A DNA stretch of 64,000 nt from an uncultured Enterobacteriaceae bacterium (GTDB taxonomy: Bacteria > Pseudomonadota > Gammaproteobacteria > Burkholderiales > SG8-39), in assembly GCA_964612335.1 (NCBI GenBank), contig CAZTDU010000014.1:288-64287 (forward strand), read 5' to 3'. Under the pieces are notes generated by a model. The model did not search any database. It had not been told where the DNA came from and worked only from the letters and a program-made list of their open reading frames with translations. The position numbers were made by a program, and so were the translations under genes. Below, one piece after another: positions 9,535 through 20,146 of this stretch (position 1 is the stretch's first letter; each line of letters starts with the position of its first letter).

Positions 9535-11616
9535 ATGAGCCGCCTGTTTTCGAATCGCGATCGGCCCTACGACATGGGCGTCCTCCCCACCGAGCTGCTC
9601 GAGCGCGATGCCGGTGCGCCCGAGCTTCCGGCGCGCATGCCGTCGGATGCGGCTGCCGCGGGGGCGGACTCGGTTGCCGCGGCGATGCCCGAGTACCGCG
9701 AGCTGTGCGCCGCGTTCCTCGATGGCGAACCGGCGCCGGCGCGCGCACCGGTGCCGCAGGATCCGCTGCTGCGCGCGCGCAACCTCAAGGCCTCGGCGTA
9801 CTTCCTCGATGCCACGCTTGCGGGCGTCTGCCGCATCGCGCCGGGCGACTGGACCGGTGCCGCGCCGGCGGCGCACACGCATGCCTTCGTGTTCCTGGTC
9901 GAATTCGGCCGCGAACCCGCGCCGGACGATGCGGGCGAATCGTGGCTGCGCGGCGCCAACGCGGCGCGCACCGACCTGCGTTGCGCCGAACTCGCCGTAG
10001 TGCTCGCCGGCTACCTGCGCGCGCTCGGCTGGTCTGCGCGCGGCCACGTCGAAGGCGACGCGGTGATAGACATCGCGCGCCTGGCGCAGCGCGCCGGCAT
10101 CGCGAAGGCGGTGGACGGCGTGCTGCACGCGCCGTACATCCGGCGGGGCTTTCGCATCGGCGTGGTCAGCACCGACTACGACATGGCGCCCGACCTGCCG
10201 ATCGCGGCGCAGGCGTCGCTTTCGTGGCCGGACGAGGCCGCCTACATGGGCCGCATGGGCACGCGCCCGGGCTGGACCGAAGCGGAAGAGGAACTGCGGC
10301 CGCTGCACATGGGTCGCTACCCGATGGAGACGATCCGGCGCGTCGATGAGCCGACGACGCTGGTGCTGCGCGACGAAATCGTGCGCATGCCCAAGCGCGC
10401 CGACCTGTTCACGCGCGCGCTCGCCGGCGACCTGGGCGAGAAGTTCGCGGTCGAGCGCCGCCGCTTCGCCATCAAGCACCCGCTCGCTTTCGCGATGACG
10501 CCGCTGATCCGCGGCATGGTGCCGCTGCAGGGCACGCGCGAACCGCTGGCGGGTGGCGAGCTGCGGGACGCCAGGCGCAATAGCGAGGCGGTGAAGGCGC
10601 TGGGCTACTTCCTCGGCGCCGACCTGGTCGGCATCTGCCGCGCGGAACCGTGGATGTACTACTCGCACGACGAAGAGCAAGGCGCGCCGATCGAGCCCTA
10701 CCATCCGTGGGCGGTGGTGATGCTGCTCGACCAGGGCTTCGAAACCATGGAGGGCGCATCGGGCGACGACTGGATCTCGGGTGCGCAGTCGATGCGCGCC
10801 TACATGCGCGGCGCGCTGCTCGCCGGCGTCATGGCCGCGCACCTGCGGCGCCTGGGCTACTCCTCGCGCGTGCATTCGAACGCGCATTCGGAGCTGCTGC
10901 ACATTCCCGCGGTGCTGATGGCCGGGCTGGGCGAGCTGTCGCGCATCGGCGAACTGGTGCTGAACCCGTTCCTCGGTCCGCGCTCGAAATCGGTGGTTTT
11001 CACCACCGACCTGCCGCTGGAGGCGGATCGCCCGGTCGACTTCGGCCTGCAGGAAACCTGCGAGATGTGCAACAAGTGCGCGCGCGAATGCCCGTGCAAT
11101 GCGATTCCCTTCGGGCCGAAGGTGATGTTCAACGGCTACGAAATCTGGAAGCCCGACGTCGACAAGTGCGGGCGCTACCGGCTCAGCAACGCCAAGGGCT
11201 CGGCCTGCGGGCGCTGCATGAAGACCTGCCCCTACAACCGCGAGGACCTGGTCGAATCCGCAAGGCTGCTGCAGTTGTCGATCGCGGTGCCCGAGGCGCG
11301 CCGCGCGCTGATCGACTACGACGACCAGGCGGGCGGCGGCGAGCGCAATCCGGTGAAGCGCTGGTGGTTCGACCTCGAGATCGTCGACGGCCGCGCGGTG
11401 AAGCCCGCCGGCGCCAACGAGCGCGACCTCGACCGCGGACGCGCGCAGAAGCTGGCGGCGCAGCAGAAGCTGGCGTACTTTCCGCCCGCGCTGCAGCCGG
11501 CCGGCGGCACGACTGTAAAGCGCGTCGTTCCGCTGGATCGCGCGGCGGGCCTTGCCGCCTACGCCGCCGCGGAGTCGCCGCTGGACGCGCGGCGGCGATC
11601 GGGCGGGGAGGACTGA
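9535..11616 (+). CDS. rdhA: Catabolic-type reductive dehalogenase (cobalamin and 2x[4Fe-4S]; BhbA/NpRdhA-like)
   Basis: Start MSRLFSNRDRP; CEMCNKCARECP and CGRCMKTCP Fe-S motifs; duplicated KAxxYFLxAxxxGxC segments; no Tat signal. Confidence 0.8.
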   Translation: MSRLFSNRDRPYDMGVLPTELLERDAGAPELPARMPSDAAAAGADSVAAAMPEYRELCAAFLDGEPAPARAPVPQDPLLRARNLKASAYFLDATLAGVCRIAPGDWTGAAPAAHTHAFVFLVEFGREPAPDDAGESWLRGANAARTDLRCAELAVVLAGYLRALGWSARGHVEGDAVIDIARLAQRAGIAKAVDGVLHAPYIRRGFRIGVVSTDYDMAPDLPIAAQASLSWPDEAAYMGRMGTRPGWTEAEEELRPLHMGRYPMETIRRVDEPTTLVLRDEIVRMPKRADLFTRALAGDLGEKFAVERRRFAIKHPLAFAMTPLIRGMVPLQGTREPLAGGELRDARRNSEAVKALGYFLGADLVGICRAEPWMYYSHDEEQGAPIEPYHPWAVVMLLDQGFETMEGASGDDWISGAQSMRAYMRGALLAGVMAAHLRRLGYSSRVHSNAHSELLHIPAVLMAGLGELSRIGELVLNPFLGPRSKSVVFTTDLPLEADRPVDFGLQETCEMCNKCARECPCNAIPFGPKVMFNGYEIWKPDVDKCGRYRLSNAKGSACGRCMKTCPYNREDLVESARLLQLSIAVPEARRALIDYDDQAGGGERNPVKRWWFDLEIVDGRAVKPAGANERDLDRGRAQKLAAQQKLAYFPPALQPAGGTTVKRVVPLDRAAGLAAYAAAESPLDARRRSGGED

Positions 11617-11831
11617 ATCCGGCGGCGCATCACTGACACCTGGGCGCCGTCGAACTTGCGCTAGTCGTCGCCCGGTGAGTAGGACCCCGCGCCCGGACCT
11701 TACGCTGCATTGCGGCATACGACCCGCATAAGGTTCCCGTGGTCTGGTCGACCAAGTCTGCAGTCGCGATCCGTGCGTACGCAAACCGCGGCGCTGGTGC
11801 GACCCCTCGACCATTCTCAAGGAGTGCTCAC

Positions 11832-12116
11832 ATGATGAACCGCAGTGTTGCCCTCGCCGCGCTTGCCGCCGGCATCCTCGCGGCAGGCCCGGTATCGGCG
11901 CAGGACAAAAAGGCGGACGGCAAGTCCGCGATGGAGAAGTGCTACGGCGTCTCGCTCGCCGGCAAGAACGACTGCGGCGCCGGACCCGGGACCACCTGCG
12001 CCGGCACCTCGAAAGTCGACTACCAGGGCAATGCCTGGAAGAACGTACCCAAGGGAACCTGTACCAGCATCAAGACGCCGAAGGGACAGGGCTCGCTCAA
12101 GCCGATCAAGGGCTGA
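11832..12116 (+). CDS. DUF2282 bufferin precursor peptide (BufA-type)
   Basis: Signal peptide plus [14 protein letters not shown]-x7-CAG...W..VPKGTC four-Cys core; AAGGAG RBS. Confidence 0.9.
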   Translation: MMNRSVALAALAAGILAAGPVSAQDKKADGKSAMEKCYGVSLAGKNDCGAGPGTTCAGTSKVDYQGNAWKNVPKGTCTSIKTPKGQGSLKPIKG

Positions 12117-12129
12117 GCGGTTCCGGGCG

Positions 12130-12969
12130 ATGGGTGCGGTGCTGTCGGCGGGTGTCGGCCTGAAGCCGGAGCATTTCGCCGCTGCGCTGGCGACGAACGC
12201 CCGCGGCCTGTGGTTCGAGGTGCATGCCGAGAACTACATGGTCGAGGGCGGGCCCCGCCTGCGCTGGCTGGACGCGATCAGGACCCGGCATCCGGTGTCC
12301 GTTCACGGTGTCGGCCTGTCGCTCGCCGCCGATGCCGACCTGGACGCGGCGCACCTTCGCCGCGTTGCTGCCCTCGTGCAGCGCGTCAAGCCGGCGCTCG
12401 TGTCGGAGCACCTCGCCTGGTCGGCCTGGCGCGGCGCCTGTTACCCGGACCTGCTGCCGTTTCCGCGCACCTCGCAATCCCTGGCGCGCGTGGCTGCGAA
12501 CGTCGAGCAACTCCAGGACGCGATCGGCTGCAGCGTCGCGGTGGAGAACCCGTCGCATTACCTGCGCATCGATGCGCATGAGTGGGACGAGATCGACTTC
12601 CTGTCCGAGCTTGCGCGTCGTACCGGATGTGCGCTGCTGCTGGACGTCAACAACGTGTACGTCAGTGCCCGCAACCTGCGGGCGTCGGCGCGGGCCTACA
12701 TCGACGCTTTTCCCGCCGAGCTGGTGGCGGAAATCCACCTGGCCGGGCACAGCGAGGACCCCGCACTGGGCGAGGACCTGCTGGTGGATTCTCACGATGC
12801 CGCGGTGGCGCCCGCGGTCTGGGCGCTCTACGAGCGCCTGGTGGCGCGCATCGGCCCGCGTCCGACCCTGATCGAGCGCGACGGCAATGTCCCGGCGTTC
12901 GCGGATCTGATGGCGGAGCGCGAGCTTGCGCATGGCGTCCTGTGCACGCGGCACGCGAAGGCCGCATGA
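12130..12969 (+). CDS. DUF692 multinuclear non-heme iron oxidative enzyme (MNIO; BufB-type)
   Basis: FEVHAENY, VSEHLAW, ENP, LLLDVNNVYV, EIHLAGH, DSH, LIERD metal-ligand motifs. Confidence 0.93.
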   Translation: MGAVLSAGVGLKPEHFAAALATNARGLWFEVHAENYMVEGGPRLRWLDAIRTRHPVSVHGVGLSLAADADLDAAHLRRVAALVQRVKPALVSEHLAWSAWRGACYPDLLPFPRTSQSLARVAANVEQLQDAIGCSVAVENPSHYLRIDAHEWDEIDFLSELARRTGCALLLDVNNVYVSARNLRASARAYIDAFPAELVAEIHLAGHSEDPALGEDLLVDSHDAAVAPAVWALYERLVARIGPRPTLIERDGNVPAFADLMAERELAHGVLCTRHAKAA

Positions 12970-13751
12970 TGCGCGCGCTGGCGAGTTTCCAGGACGGGTT
13001 CGTGCGTGCCTTGCTGGACCCGGAGGCAGGCGTGGATGACGCCGTCGGCGCGCTTGCGGCGCAGCCGGCGTTCGCGGTCTACCGGAACACGGTAATCAAG
13101 GCTTGCATCGACGCGCTGCAGGCCAACTTCCCGGCGGTGGCGCGACTGGTGGGTGACGAGTGGTTCCGCTCCGCGGCTGCGGCGTACGCGCGCAGCCAGC
13201 CCCCGGCCGTGCCCATGATGAACGCGTACGGCAGCGGGTTCCCCGCCTTCCTCGAGCGCCATTTGCAGACCGACGAGCGCGCGTATCTCCCTGCGGTGGC
13301 GAGGCTGGATCTGCTGTGGACCGAATGCCACGGTGCCGCTGACGCGCCGCCGCTCGCGCAGGCCGCGCTCGCGCAACTGGAACCGCAGGCGCTCGGCGTG
13401 CTGCGCCTGCGGCCGCATCCGGCGACGCGCTGGGCGTGGTTCGCGGACGCGCCGGCGTACACGATCTGGTCCCTGAACCGCGGCGACCCTACGCCTGCGG
13501 CCGCCGCGCCGCAGATCGCCTGGCGCGGCGAGGGAGCCCTGTTTGCGCGGCCGCTGGACGCCGTGGTCTCGCGTGAGATCGGCGAACCGGTTTGCGCGTT
13601 CCTGGATGCGTGTGCCGCAGGCGCATCGCTTGACGACGCCGCGCAAGCCGCGCTTGCCGTCGACCCCGCGGCGGACCTCGGCGGGCTGATGGCGCGGCTG
13701 CTCGAATGCGGCGCCTTCGCCGCGCAAACAAGCAAGGAGGATCTCGCATGA
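12966..13751 (+). CDS. DUF2063 partner protein (BufC/HvfC-type)
   Basis: FAVYRNTV..LQANFPAVARLVGDEWF, YGxxFPAFL, VARLD motifs; ATGA overlap with DUF692. Confidence 0.88.
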   Translation: MMRALASFQDGFVRALLDPEAGVDDAVGALAAQPAFAVYRNTVIKACIDALQANFPAVARLVGDEWFRSAAAAYARSQPPAVPMMNAYGSGFPAFLERHLQTDERAYLPAVARLDLLWTECHGAADAPPLAQAALAQLEPQALGVLRLRPHPATRWAWFADAPAYTIWSLNRGDPTPAAAAPQIAWRGEGALFARPLDAVVSREIGEPVCAFLDACAAGASLDDAAQAALAVDPAADLGGLMARLLECGAFAAQTSKEDLA

Positions 13752-14221
13752 CGAATGCCAGTGACATGTCCGCCCCCCAGCCTGGCGGCTTGCGGGGAAT
13801 GCACAACCGGCTTGCCGACCTGCTTGGCGCCGCGACCGGGCACGCGCTCATCGCGCTGGCTGCGCGCTTCGGCGTTGGCGCGACCTTCTTCTATTCCGGC
13901 CGGACGAAGGTCGACGGTTTCTTTACCGTCAACGACAGCGCCTATTCGCTGTTCCGCGAGGAATACAAGGTCCCGCTGCTGCCGCCGGAGTTCGCGGCGC
14001 ACATGGCCACCTATGCGGAACACCTTCTGCCCGTGCTGCTGTTCGCCGGGCTGCTCACCCGGCTATCGGCGCTCGGGCTGCTCGGCATGACCGCCGTCAT
14101 CCAGGTGTTCGTCTATCCGGACGCCTGGCCGACGCACCTGACGTGGGCGGTGGCGCTGCTCTACCTCGTGGGGCGCGGCGGCGGCCCCGTTTCGCTGGAC
14201 CGCTGGCTCGGCCTGCGCTGA
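13748..14221 (+). CDS. DoxX family membrane protein (BufD-type)
   Basis: FFYSGRTK, LLFAGLLTRLSA, VYPDAWPTH, GGGPVSLD. Confidence 0.9.
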   Translation: MTNASDMSAPQPGGLRGMHNRLADLLGAATGHALIALAARFGVGATFFYSGRTKVDGFFTVNDSAYSLFREEYKVPLLPPEFAAHMATYAEHLLPVLLFAGLLTRLSALGLLGMTAVIQVFVYPDAWPTHLTWAVALLYLVGRGGGPVSLDRWLGLR

Positions 14222-14238
14222 CGCGCGCGGACCAGGAA

Positions 14239-15012
14239 ATGGAGCGGCGGGTTGCCGGGCGGCTGGCCGACGCACTCGACGCCGTGCTTGCGCGCTGGTA
14301 CTCCGCGGACGGACGGAATTGCGACTACGCGGGGCTGGCGCGCTCGGCCGAGCACGCGGCGCTGCGGGAAGCGTCTGCGGCGCTCGATCCGCTGGACCCG
14401 CGCACCCTGGCGATTCCAGGGCCGCTCGCGTTCTGGATCAACGCCTACAACGCCGCCGCACTGCTTGGCGTGCTGGAAGCCGGCGCTCCCGAGAGCGTGC
14501 ACCGCATCGCCGACTACTTCTCCGCTCCTCGCCTGCGGGTCGCGGGCCACGCATACTCGCTCGACGACATCGAGCACGGCCTGCTGCGCGGCAACGCAGC
14601 ACCTTACGGCCGGCTGATGCCGCCGCTGGGTTCTGGCGACCCGCGACTCGCGTTTGCGCCGCGCCTGTGGGACGAGCGGGTGCATTTCGCCCTTCACTGC
14701 GCGAGCCGCTCGGCGCCGGCGCTGCGGGTGTTCCGCGCGGCAACGCTGTCCGCGCAGCTCGAGACGGCGGCATGCACCTGTGTCGAGGCAGAAGTGGAGG
14801 CGCGGCACGCCGAGGGCGATCTGCAGCTTCCCATGATCTTCAAGTGGTACCAGGGCGATTTCGGCGGCCGCCGGGGCGTCATCGCGTTCGTGGTGGCGCG
14901 GCTCGAGGACGCGGACGCCGTGGACTACATCGACAGCAGGGGCGATGCGCTGAAGCTTTCGTACCGCGCATACGACTGGACCTTGAACGCCCCGCCGCAC
15001 GCGCGTGCATGA
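14239..15012 (+). CDS. DUF547 domain-containing protein
   Basis: AFWINAYNA, SLDDIEHGLLR, RVHFALHCASRSAP, IFKWY..DF, YDWTLN. Confidence 0.88.
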   Translation: MERRVAGRLADALDAVLARWYSADGRNCDYAGLARSAEHAALREASAALDPLDPRTLAIPGPLAFWINAYNAAALLGVLEAGAPESVHRIADYFSAPRLRVAGHAYSLDDIEHGLLRGNAAPYGRLMPPLGSGDPRLAFAPRLWDERVHFALHCASRSAPALRVFRAATLSAQLETAACTCVEAEVEARHAEGDLQLPMIFKWYQGDFGGRRGVIAFVVARLEDADAVDYIDSRGDALKLSYRAYDWTLNAPPHARA

Positions 15013-15022
15013 GGAGATACCC

Positions 15023-15709
15023 GTGACACAACTACGCCTGAGCGGTATTCGTGCCTGCGTGTTCGATGCGTACGGCACTTTGTTCGACGTCAACAGCGCC
15101 GCAGCGCAAGCCAAGGACGCGCTCGGCGAGAAATGGCAGCCGCTCGCGGACCTTTGGCGGGTGAAGCAGCTGCAATACACCTGGCTGCGGGGATTGATGG
15201 GCAGGCACGCGGATTTCTGGCAAGTCACCGGCGACGCCCTCGATTACGCCATGGGGAGCCTGGGGTTCGACGATGCGCCGCTGCGCGAGCGCTTGATGGG
15301 CTTGTATCTCACGCTGAATGCCTATCCGGAAGTGAAGGACACCCTCAAGCAGCTGAAGGCGGGTGGCCTGAAACTCGCGATCCTCTCCAACGGCGCGCCG
15401 AACATGCTGGCGGCAGCGGTCGCGAACTCGGGCATCGCGGAGTTGCTGGACGCCGTGCTGTCGGTGGAGGAGGTCCAGGTGTTCAAGCCCCATCCATCGG
15501 TTTACGGTCTGGCGACTGATCGGCTCGCGCTGGAAAGGGAACGGATCTGCTTTCTGTCATCGAATGCCTGGGACGCGCACGCCGCGAAGGCGTTCGGTTC
15601 TCGCGTGATCTGGTGCAACCGCTTCGGCCAGGTGCCGGAGCGGATTCCCGAGCGGCCTGACGGCGAGATTGGCACACTGAGTGCGTTGCCCGCAATACTC
15701 GGAATATGA
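15023..15709 (+). CDS. Haloacid dehalogenase type II (L-2-haloacid dehalogenase-like)
   Basis: FDAYGTLFDV, WRxKQLQYTW, LSNG, FKPHP, SSNAWD motifs; GAGGAG RBS before GTG. Confidence 0.88.
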   Translation: MTQLRLSGIRACVFDAYGTLFDVNSAAAQAKDALGEKWQPLADLWRVKQLQYTWLRGLMGRHADFWQVTGDALDYAMGSLGFDDAPLRERLMGLYLTLNAYPEVKDTLKQLKAGGLKLAILSNGAPNMLAAAVANSGIAELLDAVLSVEEVQVFKPHPSVYGLATDRLALERERICFLSSNAWDAHAAKAFGSRVIWCNRFGQVPERIPERPDGEIGTLSALPAILGI

Positions 15710-15852
15710 CTCTCTCATTCGTTATTGGTCCGCTCGTACTTGCGATTGTAGGCGTGATCTTCGGCGCCGGCCTGATCGCATTTCGCCTGCACCGGGTCCG
15801 CGGCTCAGGAAAGGCTGATTTGAAGGTAACGAGAGACATTTGCGGCCAGTGA
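15706..15852 (+). CDS. Small single-pass membrane protein (48 aa), below the ORF-track cut-off
   Basis: MTLSFVIGPLVLAIVGVIFGAGLIAFRLHRVRGSGKADLKVTRDICGQ; ATGA overlap with the HAD stop. Confidence 0.45.
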   Translation: MTLSFVIGPLVLAIVGVIFGAGLIAFRLHRVRGSGKADLKVTRDICGQ

Positions 15853-15900
15853 AAGCTGCGTGGTCTCTGTCTGTCGGCAGCCGATCGGTTCGCGCTGTCG

Positions 15901-16296
15901 TCACCCCGTCAGCGTAGCGATGATCGGGCAGGCGACTTTGCCGCGGCGCACGTCGCAGCGCGCGACCAGTTCACTGAGAACGTCCCGCATTCGCGCCAGG
16001 TCCGCCAGACGCGCTTCCACCAGCGCGAGTTTCTCCGCGGCAAGCGATCGTGCCGTGCCGCAGCTTTGCGGGTCTTCAAGGGCCAACAGGCGCTGTATCT
16101 CGGCAAGCGAAAAGCCGAGCCGTTGCGCCCGTTTGACGAAGCGCAGGCGGGATACGAACTCAACCCCGTAGCGCCGCATGCCGCCGGCTGGTCTCGTCGG
16201 CTCCGCCAGAAGGCCCAGGCGCTGGTAGAAGCGGATGGCTTCCACGGTGACGCCGGCCGCTTCGGCGACACGGCCGATGGTCATGGTTGCGCTCAT
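15901..16296 (-). CDS. merR: Hg(II)-responsive MerR regulator
   Basis: [23 protein letters not shown]; three Hg-binding Cys ([16 protein letters not shown]); divergent from merT; start could be 16308 or 16284. Confidence 0.9.
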   Translation of the reverse strand: MSATMTIGRVAEAAGVTVEAIRFYQRLGLLAEPTRPAGGMRRYGVEFVSRLRFVKRAQRLGFSLAEIQRLLALEDPQSCGTARSLAAEKLALVEARLADLARMRDVLSELVARCDVRRGKVACPIIATLTG

Positions 16297-16334
16297 GGCA
16301 CGACTCATCCTTGAAAAGGAAAGGAACAGTAAGC

Positions 16335-16366
16335 TTGACTCCGTACATGACTACGGACCTTAGAGT
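16335..16366 (+). promoter_or_regulatory. mer operator/promoter 1 (merTPA)
   Basis: TTGACT-CCGTACATGACTACGGACCT-TAGAGT: near-Tn21/Tn501 dyad with a 20-bp spacer. Confidence 0.9.
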
Positions 16367-16396
16367 ACACCCGGTCGGATTGCTTGCGGAGACGAT

Positions 16397-16804
16397 ATGG
16401 ACGTGGTCAGGACGCACTCGACTGTCAAGCTGGACGTGCCCGCCACGGCAGGTTCAGACAGGGTCAGCAAGGCAACGCTTGCGGGCGGGCTGATCGCGGC
16501 GATCATCGCTTCGGCGTGCTGTCTCGGGCCGTTGGTACTCGTCATGGTGGGGGTCAGTGGAGCCTGGATCTCGAACCTTACGCTGCTTGAGCCGTACCGT
16601 CCGGTGTCTATCGGGGTCGCGCTGGTTTTCATGGGGCTGGCATGGCGCCGTATCTACCGCGCGCCCGCAGCCGCATCATGCGATCCCGGAACACTGTGCG
16701 CGCTGCCGCAGACCAATCGCGCCTACCGGCTCATATTCTGGGTGGTGTCAGCGCTGGTGCTGCTTGCCGTTGGATTCCCGTACCTCGCGCCGCTTTTTTA
16801 CTAG
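16397..16804 (+). CDS. merT: Mercuric ion transport protein MerT
   Basis: ASACCLGPLVL, WISNLTLLEPYRP, CDPGTLC cytoplasmic Cys pair. Confidence 0.93.
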   Translation: MDVVRTHSTVKLDVPATAGSDRVSKATLAGGLIAAIIASACCLGPLVLVMVGVSGAWISNLTLLEPYRPVSIGVALVFMGLAWRRIYRAPAAASCDPGTLCALPQTNRAYRLIFWVVSALVLLAVGFPYLAPLFY

Positions 16805-16814
16805 GAGATAGCTG

Positions 16815-18612
<1,798 letters not shown>

Positions 18613-18644
18613 TCGTGCGCCGGCGTCCTGCCATAGCCCCGGAC

Positions 18645-18676
18645 TTGACTCCGTACCATAGTACGGAGCAAAGACT
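18645..18676 (+). promoter_or_regulatory. mer-type operator/promoter 2
   Basis: TTGACT-CCGTACCATAGTACGGAGCA-AAGACT; perfect dyad TCCGTAC-N4-GTACGGA. Confidence 0.85.
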
Positions 18677-18692
18677 TGTCGCCCAGCCCGAT

Positions 18693-19382
18693 ATGTCTCT
18701 CGGTACCGCTCAGAAGCACCTCACCATTGGCGAACTGGCCCAGCGGGCCGACGTCGGTGTCGAGACGATCCGCTTCTACGAGCGCAAGGGCCTGATCGCG
18801 CAGCCGGTGCGTCCCGCGGCAGGCTTTCGGGCCTACCCGCAGGACGTCCTTGAGCGACTGGGGTTCGTGCATGAAGCGAAGCAGCTTGGCTTCACTTTGA
18901 AGGAGATCCGCGATCTGCTGAGGTTGCGCGACAGCCCTGAAGCGGACGCCGCCGCCGTGCGCGGCCGCGCCGCCGCGAAGCTTGCGCAGATCGAGGACCG
19001 GATCATCCGGTTACAGCGCATGCGCGTTACTTTGCAGAATCTGCTTTCCCAATGCCCCGGTAGCGGTGAGTTGAGCAATTGTTCCATCGTCAAGGCACTG
19101 TCCGTCTCGACTACGCAGCCGGACGGGGGCCGCGCACATGGCACAAAGAAGGAATTTCCAATGAAAACCATCGATCTGATGATCCAGGGCATGCACTGCG
19201 ACGGTTGTGCCAAGACCATAGAGGCGCTGCTAACGACGGAGCTGGGCGTCAAAGCCGCCACCGTTTCTTACGGCAGCGGCAGCGGCAGCGCCAGGGTCCT
19301 GTTCGACCCGGCAAGCATCGATATCCCACGCCTTGTCAAAGCGGTGGAGCGCGCAGGCTATCGAGTAACCGGGCCGCGCTAG
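18693..19382 (+). CDS. MerR-family regulator fused to C-terminal HMA (CopZ-like) domain
   Basis: TIGELA..VETIRFYERKGL HTH, QCPGSGELSNC loop, then MKTIDLMIQGMHCDGC HMA from 19161. Confidence 0.85.
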   Translation: MSLGTAQKHLTIGELAQRADVGVETIRFYERKGLIAQPVRPAAGFRAYPQDVLERLGFVHEAKQLGFTLKEIRDLLRLRDSPEADAAAVRGRAAAKLAQIEDRIIRLQRMRVTLQNLLSQCPGSGELSNCSIVKALSVSTTQPDGGRAHGTKKEFPMKTIDLMIQGMHCDGCAKTIEALLTTELGVKAATVSYGSGSGSARVLFDPASIDIPRLVKAVERAGYRVTGPR

Positions 19383-20053
19383 TGCCTGGCGGCGATATCG
19401 CGGCGTTGGTCCTGTGGCCAATTGCGTTCGGCCTGCTGGGTTTTATCGAGCCCTGCGCGATCGGCAGTACGCTGCTGTTCATCAAGACCACCGAGGGACA
19501 GGCACCCGCGGTCAGGATCGGACAGGTCTTCGCGTTCACGCTCAGCCGCGCTCTTTTCATCGGCTTGCTGGGCGCGTCGGCGGCGTTCATCGGATCGATG
19601 TTTCTCGGTGTGCAGAAGGCGGTCTGGATACTGATGGGTGCCTTGTACGTCGCCATCGGTTTTCTTTACGTCACCGGGCGGATAGGATCGCTGATGGTAT
19701 CGATCGGTCCGCGCCTCGCATCCATTTCCAGCCCCCGCGGCTCGATCTTTCTTGGGGTAGCGTTCGGTCTCAACATCCCGGCCTGCGCGGGCCCGATCCT
19801 GCTCGCGCTGCTTGCCGCTTCCGCGGCGGGAGGCGCAAGCGGTGAGACCGTGGCGCGAGGGTTCATCTCGCTCGCGCTGTTTGGATTCGCCCTGTCGCTG
19901 CCGCTCGTGGCGGCGGTGCTGTTCGAACGCGCGCGCCGCACGCTCGACTGGCTCGCCGGTCTCACGCGGCGAATGCCCCTGTGGACCGGCGTGCTGTTCG
20001 TCTTGCTGGGTGCCTGGTCGATCTGGTTCGGCCTTTTTGTCTCCGTCAGGTAA
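19382..20053 (+). CDS. CcdA/DsbD-like transmembrane thiol-redox protein
   Basis: About 6 TM helices with IEPCAIG and IPACAGP Cys motifs; GTG overlaps the upstream TAG. Confidence 0.7.
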   Translation: MPGGDIAALVLWPIAFGLLGFIEPCAIGSTLLFIKTTEGQAPAVRIGQVFAFTLSRALFIGLLGASAAFIGSMFLGVQKAVWILMGALYVAIGFLYVTGRIGSLMVSIGPRLASISSPRGSIFLGVAFGLNIPACAGPILLALLAASAAGGASGETVARGFISLALFGFALSLPLVAAVLFERARRTLDWLAGLTRRMPLWTGVLFVLLGAWSIWFGLFVSVR

Positions 20054-20078
20054 CCGTCGGGCGCGCGCTAGACAGAGC

Positions 20079-20110
20079 TTGACACCGGGCCAAGGTACGG
20101 CGCCTACGCT
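20079..20110 (+). promoter_or_regulatory. mer-type operator/promoter 3 (upstream of P1B ATPase)
   Basis: TTGACA-CCGGGCCAAGGTACGGCGCC-TACGCT; right half-site GTACGG intact, left half degenerate. Confidence 0.7.
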
Positions 20111-20146
20111 GAAGTCCGGAATTGTCCCTTTGACCGGAGATCGACC

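Noticed and set aside
11650-11830. ECF-type promoter upstream of the bufferin precursor (GAACTT-N16-GGTGA)
   Set aside because: The -10 element is a poor match and several equally weak candidates exist
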